The position numbers and the translations under genes were made by a program. Under the pieces are notes generated by a model that saw only the letters and a list, made by a program, of their open reading frames with translations, searched no databases and was not told the origin of the DNA. Source: Pseudomonadota bacterium (GTDB lineage Bacteria; Bdellovibrionota_G; JALEGL01; DATDPG01). Taken from it: a stretch of 22,631 nucleotides of DNA. Each line of letters starts with the position of its first letter. Position 1 is the first letter of the stretch. Shown in pieces: positions 16,943-22,631 of this stretch. The DNA lies in assembly GCA_043804515.1 (NCBI GenBank), contig JAZDIZ010000064.1:1-22631 (forward strand), written 5' to 3'.

Positions 16943-17619
16943 CCAAATTTACTTTCCAGGATTTCGTCTCGTCCGAGCTGTTCGGCGCCGGCAACACGCT
17001 GACGGCCGATCAGATTCTCATATCGCTTTTCCTGACATTCGTCATCTCCCTGCTGATCTACTACATCTACCGCAAAACCCATTCCAGCGCGCTTTATTCC
17101 GCGGAATTCAACCTCAACCTCGTTCTCATCCCCCTCATCATCGCGACGATCATGATGGGCATCAGCACCAACCTCGCGATTTCGCTCGGCATGGTCGGCG
17201 CCCTGTCCATCGTCCGCTTCCGGAACGCGATCAAGGACCCGCGCGACCTCACCTTCCTTTTCTGGGCCATCGCGGTGGGCATCGTGAACGGGGTGCAGCT
17301 TTACGCGCTTTCCGTCATCTCGACCCTTTTCATCGCCATCGTGATGCTCGTCTTCTCGGGCCGGTTCGACCTGACCCGCCCGCACATACTCGTCATGCGG
17401 TATTCGGGGACGGACGAGCGAAAGCTCTTAACTTCCATCAAGACGGGCTGCACCCAGTACAAGCTGAAGAATACCGTCATCTCCGAAGAGGGCAGCGAGA
17501 AGATCTTCGAAGTGGTGATAAAACCAGGGCATGAGGACCACCTGCTCAAGGAACTCAAGTCATTGGACGGCGCGAAATCCATCAACCTTTTCTCGAGCTC
17601 GGGCGAGCTGGGGGAATAG
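16939..17619 (+). CDS. DUF4956 family membrane protein
   Basis: Signature NLAISLGMVGALSIVRFRNAIKDPRD; several TMs plus a soluble C-terminal domain; ATGA overlap with the VTC gene. Confidence 0.88.
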   Translation: MTKFTFQDFVSSELFGAGNTLTADQILISLFLTFVISLLIYYIYRKTHSSALYSAEFNLNLVLIPLIIATIMMGISTNLAISLGMVGALSIVRFRNAIKDPRDLTFLFWAIAVGIVNGVQLYALSVISTLFIAIVMLVFSGRFDLTRPHILVMRYSGTDERKLLTSIKTGCTQYKLKNTVISEEGSEKIFEVVIKPGHEDHLLKELKSLDGAKSINLFSSSGELGE

Positions 17620-17661
17620 CGCTCACCGCTCCGGATCCGCGCCGGGCGCGGTTGTGTTGGC

Positions 17662-18477
17662 ATGGCCGAACCCAAAGCGCCGCTGGTGTCCGTCATCGTG
17701 ATCTCGCTGAACGCCGAATCCACGATCGAAGCCTGCCTCCAGTCCATCTTTTCCCAGGGCTACGGGAATATCGAGGTCATCCTGGTCGACAAGAACAGCC
17801 GCGATTCGACCGTGGGGCGGGCTGCCAAATTCCCGGTGCGCATCCTGCGCGGGGAAGTGGAGCGCTGCACCCAGTGGAACAAGGGCGCCCGCGAATCCAA
17901 GGGGGAGTTTCTTTATTTCACCGGCTCCGACCTGAAGGTCCATCCGGATTTCATATCCCATGCGGTGGAGAAATGCCTTGCGGCACCGTGCTCCGCCGTC
18001 TATTCGACCGTGCGGACCGAGACCCGCTCGTATTGGGGCCGCGTGCGCGGCCTCGAGCTGGAATTCTATCTTCTTGACACGGCCTGGCAGGCCGCCCGGT
18101 TCATCCGGCGCGACGCCTTCTTCAAGGTCGGGGGATGGAACGAGGTGCTTGTCGCCGGGGAAGACTGGGACATGCAGGACCGGCTCAATGCGGCCGGCTT
18201 CGTCACCCTCGGGGTCGGCCCGTATCCGGAAACGCATATCGACACCCACTGCTCTTTTTCCGGCCTTTGCAGGAAATTCTATTACTACGGCCGAACCCTG
18301 CGCTCTTACGCGCGCCGGAACACGGAATACCGGTCGTTCTCAAGGTTCCAGCCTTTCCGCCCTGTTTTTTTCAGGCACCCGGGCCTGTTCGCAAAGAACC
18401 TCGCGCTCGTGCCCGGGTTCATCCTCTACAAGGTCGCGCAATACGGCTTCTCGTTCCTGGGCTATGCTCTCGGCTGA
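17662..18477 (+). CDS. GT2 glycosyltransferase
   Basis: Motifs VSVIVISLN, IEACLQSI, ILVDKNSRDST, NKGARESKGEFLYFTGSD and GGWNE..GEDWD. Confidence 0.88.
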   Translation: MAEPKAPLVSVIVISLNAESTIEACLQSIFSQGYGNIEVILVDKNSRDSTVGRAAKFPVRILRGEVERCTQWNKGARESKGEFLYFTGSDLKVHPDFISHAVEKCLAAPCSAVYSTVRTETRSYWGRVRGLELEFYLLDTAWQAARFIRRDAFFKVGGWNEVLVAGEDWDMQDRLNAAGFVTLGVGPYPETHIDTHCSFSGLCRKFYYYGRTLRSYARRNTEYRSFSRFQPFRPVFFRHPGLFAKNLALVPGFILYKVAQYGFSFLGYALG

Positions 18478-18499
18478 TGGCAGACATTGTAGCACACCG

Positions 18500-18655
18500 G
18501 GAAAGCAAGCGGGCAATAGCCCGCCAGCGGCGCCCGGCCTGAGCATGCGCGGCCGGAACGGTCGGCCGGCCATGAAGCCGGGTCGGGCGCCGGGGCCGCC
18601 CGCGTCCGTCATTTTGTTTTTCGCGCCTGCCCTGTTCTTTCGCCAGCCAACGCAT
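18500..18655. repeat. Possible degenerate copy of the intergenic palindromic family
   Basis: GGGCCGCCCGCGTCCGTCATTTTGTTTTTC (~18593-18622) resembles GGGCCGCCCCGTCGTCTTTCTCGTC (1010-1034); several short GC hairpins. Confidence 0.3.
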
Positions 18656-18729
18656 TTTTCTCCCGGCACGAATAAATTTATGAACTATGCCTGCGTATCA
18701 TATCCAGTCAAGAATTCCGGGGTCATGCC

Positions 18730-19578
18730 ATGGCTATCCAATGCAAGAATTCCAGCATCGGCGCCAACTGCAAGTTCGGCGAGCGGGTTCTGATCGAATG
18801 CGACGAGCTTTACATCGGCCCGCGGACGGTCATCGGCGACGATTGCACGATCACGGGCCGGAAAATAAGCATCGGCGCGGAATGCTGGCTCGGCAACCAC
18901 GTCGAAATCGGGGGCGGCAGCTGCCAGGACGCATACTCCGAACTCGTGATGGGCGATCTGTGCCACGTCGGCGACCATGCGTTCATCAACACGGCGCGCA
19001 AGGTCGCCATCGGCGACGAGGTCGGCATCGGCATGCACACGAAGCTTTTCACCCACGGGGCCTATCTCTCGGAGCTGGACGGTTTTCCCGTCAAATTCGC
19101 CCCGATCCAGATCGGATCGCGGGTCTGGATCCCCCAGGCGACCGTCCTGCCCGGCGTTACGATCGGAAACGATTGCGTAGTGGCCGCCGGCAGCGTGGTC
19201 GGCGGCCCTCTCCCGTCGGGGTGCCTTGCCGGGGGCGCGCCTGCGAAGATCATACGCGAGAACGCGTACCCGGCCAACCTGACCCTCGAGGAGAAGAAGG
19301 CGAAGCTTGGCCGTTTGCTTGAGGACTTCCGCGCGATCTGCGCCGACCGGGGTTTCGGTTTCGATCTTGCGCCGTCCGCGCGCGGTTTCGTCCTCAACGG
19401 GATCGTCATCTGCCTCGCGGGGCAAGCGCCATCGGCCGGCGAAGCCGTATTCGACATCGCTTCCAAGCGCATCGAAGGGAAAGCGAGCGGTTTTAGCGAG
19501 CTTCTCAAAAACGAACTCCGCCGCCACGGCATCCGTTTCAGGAGTTATCAAGACAGCGGAAAATATGTGTCGTGGTGA
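18730..19578 (+). CDS. Hexapeptide-repeat (left-handed beta-helix) acyltransferase with C-terminal extension
   Basis: Repeated IG-x-x-x-x motifs, plus FTHG, APIQIGSRVWI, VLPGVTIGNDCVVAAGSVV and GAPAKII. Confidence 0.88.
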   Translation: MAIQCKNSSIGANCKFGERVLIECDELYIGPRTVIGDDCTITGRKISIGAECWLGNHVEIGGGSCQDAYSELVMGDLCHVGDHAFINTARKVAIGDEVGIGMHTKLFTHGAYLSELDGFPVKFAPIQIGSRVWIPQATVLPGVTIGNDCVVAAGSVVGGPLPSGCLAGGAPAKIIRENAYPANLTLEEKKAKLGRLLEDFRAICADRGFGFDLAPSARGFVLNGIVICLAGQAPSAGEAVFDIASKRIEGKASGFSELLKNELRRHGIRFRSYQDSGKYVSW

Positions 19579-19579
19579 C

Positions 19580-20710
19580 ATGTTCATACGCGGGATCGGC
19601 AGGACCAAGTTCGGCGTGCTCGAGGAGAGCGTCCCCCAGATGCTCTACTCGGCCATCAAGAACGCCCAGCAGGACGCGCACATCCGAATCGAGGAGATCG
19701 ACGCCTGCATCGTGTCGAATTTCATCGGCGGCCAACTGGAGAACCGCTGCCACATCAATTCCCTTATCCCGTGCCTCCTTCCCGGCTTTGACAAGCCGTG
19801 CATCCGCGTGGAAAGCGCGTGCGCGAGCGGCGGGGCGGCCCTGTGGTCGGCCACCAAGATGCTGGGCGAGTTCAACCACATTCTCGTCGTCGGCGTCGAG
19901 AAGATGACCGCGGCGAGGAATTCGCTGGTGACCAGCGCGCTCGCGTCGGCCTCCGATGTCGAATTCGAGCAGAACCGGGGCGTCGTCTTCCCGGCGGCGT
20001 ATGCCCTGATGGCATCCGAATATTTCGCGCGTTACGGCCGTTCGCCCGCCGACCTGGCGAAGGTCGCCCTCAAGAACCACCACAACGCCAACCTCAACCC
20101 CCTGGCCCATTTCTACCACAAGACGATCAGCATGTCGGACATCGAATCGTCCCCCGTGGTTTGCAGCCCGCTCCGCCTGCTGGATTGCAGCCCTGTTTCC
20201 GACGGCGCGGCGGCGCTGGTGGTGTCCCGCGAGCCGCAGGGCGCGCGCGACGTCTCCATCCTGGCGTGCGAGATGGCGAGCGACGTCATCGCCCTGTCCC
20301 AGCGGCCCGACATGGCCGTTTCACGCGTCAGCCGGACCGCCGCCCGGCGCGCGTTCAAGCGGGCCGGCATCGCGTGCAGCGATGTGGACCTGGCCCAGGT
20401 GCACGACTGCTTCACCATCAACGAGCTGATCTCGCTCGAATCGCTCGGTTTCTGCGAGCCGGGCATGGCACCGTCATTGGACACTGCATTGGGCGGCGCC
20501 CTGCCTGTCAATACGGACGGCGGCCTGAAGGCCGACGGCCACCCGATCGGCGCGAGCGGAATCGCGCAGGTGGTGGAAACGGCGATGCAATTGCGCGGGG
20601 AAGCCGGGGCGCGCCAGGTGAAAGGCGCGAAAATCGGGCTTGCGCACAACATCGGGGGCTCGGGCGGCAGCGCCGTGGTCTCCATTTTGAAGGGTTGTGC
20701 CGATGTTTGA
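19580..20710 (+). CDS. Thiolase (acetyl-CoA C-acyltransferase, archaeal/SCP-x-like type)
   Basis: Motifs RVESACASG (catalytic Cys), DCSPVSDGAAA, VHDCF, GHPIGASG and HNIGG. The real start is ATG 19580, right after the acyltransferase stop; the track's 19307 start overlaps the upstream gene. Confidence 0.9.
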   Translation: MFIRGIGRTKFGVLEESVPQMLYSAIKNAQQDAHIRIEEIDACIVSNFIGGQLENRCHINSLIPCLLPGFDKPCIRVESACASGGAALWSATKMLGEFNHILVVGVEKMTAARNSLVTSALASASDVEFEQNRGVVFPAAYALMASEYFARYGRSPADLAKVALKNHHNANLNPLAHFYHKTISMSDIESSPVVCSPLRLLDCSPVSDGAAALVVSREPQGARDVSILACEMASDVIALSQRPDMAVSRVSRTAARRAFKRAGIACSDVDLAQVHDCFTINELISLESLGFCEPGMAPSLDTALGGALPVNTDGGLKADGHPIGASGIAQVVETAMQLRGEAGARQVKGAKIGLAHNIGGSGGSAVVSILKGCADV

Positions 20711-21758
20711 ATGCGAGAAGTGCGGGAAAGTGTGGTTCCATCCGGTCGGCGAGTGCGTCTATTGCGGCGCCAAGCTGACCGAGCGTCCGGAAGGGAAGCC
20801 GGAGGTCGTCGCTTCGACCAAGGTGATGGTCGATTCGCCAAGTTCGAGGGCCCCCTATTTTCTGGTCCTGGTTTCGGACGGGACGGACAAGCAGTTCGCC
20901 ATCTCGGATGCCGAGCCAAGAAAAGGCGAGCCCTTCGGGACCCGCGAGCCCGCCGGATCGTTCGAATGCGTCGGGGTGATCGGCAGCGGGAAGATGGGCC
21001 TCGGCATCGCGCTGCTCCTCGTGCAATACGGCTTCCGGGTCGTCCTCAAGACGCGCGATGCCAAAAAAGGGCCGCAGATCCGCCAAGGCCTTTCCGTCCT
21101 GCTGTCCCGGAATTGCGACCCCGCAAAGATCGACGAGCACCTGCGACGCCTTTCCATAACCGATGCGTATGGCGGCTTGAAGGAATGCGGCCTCGTCATC
21201 GAGTGCGTGTCCGAAAACCCCGAAGTGAAGCGCGAGGTGCTGCGGGAAGCCAGCTTGTCCTGCGCAGGCATCATCTCCTCCAACACCTCGTCCATCCCCG
21301 TCCGGTCCATCGCGGCGCCGGGTGCGCGCCAGCGGACACTGGGCCTCCATTTTTTCAATCCGGTCACGAAAATGAAGCTGGTCGAGGTCGTTCAAACACC
21401 CGACACCGATTTATCCTGTGTCCAGAAAGTGAAGAAATTCTGCCATCAGATCCACAAGCAGCCCGTCATCGTGGCGGATTCGCCCGGCTTCATCGTCAAC
21501 CGCCTGCTCTTATTGCAGCTGGAGGAAGCCCGAAGGATGGTCCGGGAAGGCATCGCCACGCCCGAGGACATCGACAAGGCCGTGCGGCTCGGGCTGAACC
21601 ATCCGATGGGGCCGTTCCAGCTGATTTCGCTCATCGGCGAGGACGTGGTGGACGACATCGGCCGGATCATCCGCTCGCAAAAGGAGGCAGCAATTCCCGC
21701 GGCACAACCGCCTAATCGCAAAAAAGAGGCAAGCGATTCCCGCGGCACAACCGCCTAA
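20703..21758 (+). CDS. Fusion of a Zn-ribbon/OB-fold (DUF35-like) domain with 3-hydroxyacyl(butyryl)-CoA dehydrogenase
   Basis: N-terminal CEKC..CVYC and APYFLVLV, followed by VIGSGKMG (Rossmann), VIECVSEN..VK, SNTSS, GLHFFNP..KLVE, PGFIVNR and GLNHPMGP. Overlaps the thiolase stop by 8 nt. Confidence 0.85.
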   Translation: MFECEKCGKVWFHPVGECVYCGAKLTERPEGKPEVVASTKVMVDSPSSRAPYFLVLVSDGTDKQFAISDAEPRKGEPFGTREPAGSFECVGVIGSGKMGLGIALLLVQYGFRVVLKTRDAKKGPQIRQGLSVLLSRNCDPAKIDEHLRRLSITDAYGGLKECGLVIECVSENPEVKREVLREASLSCAGIISSNTSSIPVRSIAAPGARQRTLGLHFFNPVTKMKLVEVVQTPDTDLSCVQKVKKFCHQIHKQPVIVADSPGFIVNRLLLLQLEEARRMVREGIATPEDIDKAVRLGLNHPMGPFQLISLIGEDVVDDIGRIIRSQKEAAIPAAQPPNRKKEASDSRGTTA

Positions 21759-21761
21759 TCG
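21675..21761 (+). repeat. Two-copy tandem duplication (~43-bp period) at the 3' end of the dehydrogenase gene
   Basis: ATTCCCGCGGCACAACCGCCTAATCG is identical at 21693-21718 and 21736-21761. Confidence 0.9.
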
Positions 21762-21781
21762 AATGACGAGGTGCATCTCTT

Positions 21782-22459
21782 ATGGCCGAACTCCCATCCC
21801 CGGACGCGTGCTCGTCCTCGCTGTCCCATTACCGCCGCTGCCTCCAGGACGCCAAGGCTGCCGGATACGCGTTCATGCGGATGGCCGACTATGTCTCCAA
21901 GAAGGACGCCCTTGAAGGCACGAAATTAATCGTCCTCCGCCATGACATCGACCACTTCCTCCCCCTCGCCGTGAACATGGCCGCCATCGAGAACGAACTC
22001 GGGATTTCGGCCACTTATTTCCTGCGCCTCCATGCGGCCTACAACCCCTTTTCGTTCCCCAACTACGGTTCAATCAAAAAATTGCAAAGCATGGGCCACG
22101 AAATCGGCCTCCATCACGACGGGGATTTCGCCTCGCTTTTCGGGGAGGACGGCGGCGAGTTTTTCCGGCGCGACAAGGCCGTGCTGGAAAACATCCTGAA
22201 CTCCAAGGTTCTGGGCATGTCCTCGCACGAACCCGGAAAGAGCGCCTTCCTTCCCGGCGACGATGACCTGGCCCGGCTCGGCCTGGCCTACCAGGCCTAT
22301 TCCGGACATTTCACGAAAGAATTGAAATACATCTCGGACAGCAGCTCGCGCTGGAGGGAAGGCTGCATGTGCTCGTTCATAAAGAGGGGGGTTCCGGGGC
22401 TTTGCATCCTCACCCATCCCATCTGGTGGTATTCGAGGAGCCCGCTCGAGAACTACTAG
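21782..22459 (+). CDS. Polysaccharide deacetylase-like (CE4/NodB-like barrel) protein
   Basis: Motifs LRHDID, ATYF, GHEIGLH, SSHEP, YISDS and LTHPIWW; GAGGTG upstream. Confidence 0.75.
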   Translation: MAELPSPDACSSSLSHYRRCLQDAKAAGYAFMRMADYVSKKDALEGTKLIVLRHDIDHFLPLAVNMAAIENELGISATYFLRLHAAYNPFSFPNYGSIKKLQSMGHEIGLHHDGDFASLFGEDGGEFFRRDKAVLENILNSKVLGMSSHEPGKSAFLPGDDDLARLGLAYQAYSGHFTKELKYISDSSSRWREGCMCSFIKRGVPGLCILTHPIWWYSRSPLENY

Positions 22460-22618
22460 GCAAAGTTGCATGAATGAAGCGATGAGCGCGAACTCGCGAC
22501 GTCATTTCGTGCCTGGCTCCAGGCGAGCGAGAACCGTTCGAGGCGCGCCCGGCGCGTCCCGAATAGCCCGATGTACGACACTGCGCTTAACCGCCATTCA
22601 TCCGAACCGCGGAGGGAC

Positions 22619-22631
22619 ATGTGGCCTGCTG
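22619..22631 (+). CDS. Possible start of the next gene (MWPA...), truncated by the window end
   Basis: GGAGG at 22611-22615 just before ATG 22619; only 4 codons are visible. Confidence 0.25.

Noticed and set aside
19307..19579. N-terminal extension of the thiolase in the ORF track
   Set aside because: It overlaps the acyltransferase in another frame; thiolase similarity begins at ATG 19580.
19580..21758. Mevalonate or beta-oxidation operon
   Set aside because: No HMG-CoA synthase, enoyl-CoA hydratase or acyl-CoA dehydrogenase is adjacent in the window, and the context is glycan modification. It cannot be fully excluded.
21675..21761. Possible mini-CRISPR (26-bp identical repeats)
   Set aside because: Only two copies, the 17-bp intervening sequence itself resembles the sequence before copy 1 (tandem duplication), and there are no cas genes.

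Overview
GC-rich prokaryotic window, most likely archaeal. This is an inference from AT-rich TATA-like boxes about 25-50 nt before starts, GGTGA/GGTGG ribosome sites, an archaeal-type thiolase with a DUF35-like partner, and a surface protein dense in N-glycosylation sequons. It is a cell-surface glycosylation locus. It contains a truncated secreted/S-layer-like glycoprotein gene missed by the ORF track, a polysaccharide flippase, two GT-C-like polytopic membrane proteins, three soluble glycosyltransferases (2 GT2, 1 GT4) and a CE4-like deacetylase. Two embedded modules stand out. (i) A 1874-aa CotH-kinase/beta-helix protein is transcribed divergently from a VTC polyphosphate-polymerase-domain gene and a DUF4956 membrane gene. 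(ii) An operon of LbH acyltransferase, thiolase and a Zn-ribbon/OB(DUF35)-3-hydroxyacyl-CoA dehydrogenase fusion could make and transfer 3-hydroxybutyryl groups. Most large intergenic gaps carry related palindromic elements: one MITE-like copy with a 12-bp direct repeat, and a ~580-nt nested-hairpin mosaic at 7437-8016. No rRNA, tRNA, CRISPR or transposase was seen. All family calls come from motif recognition by eye, not database searches.
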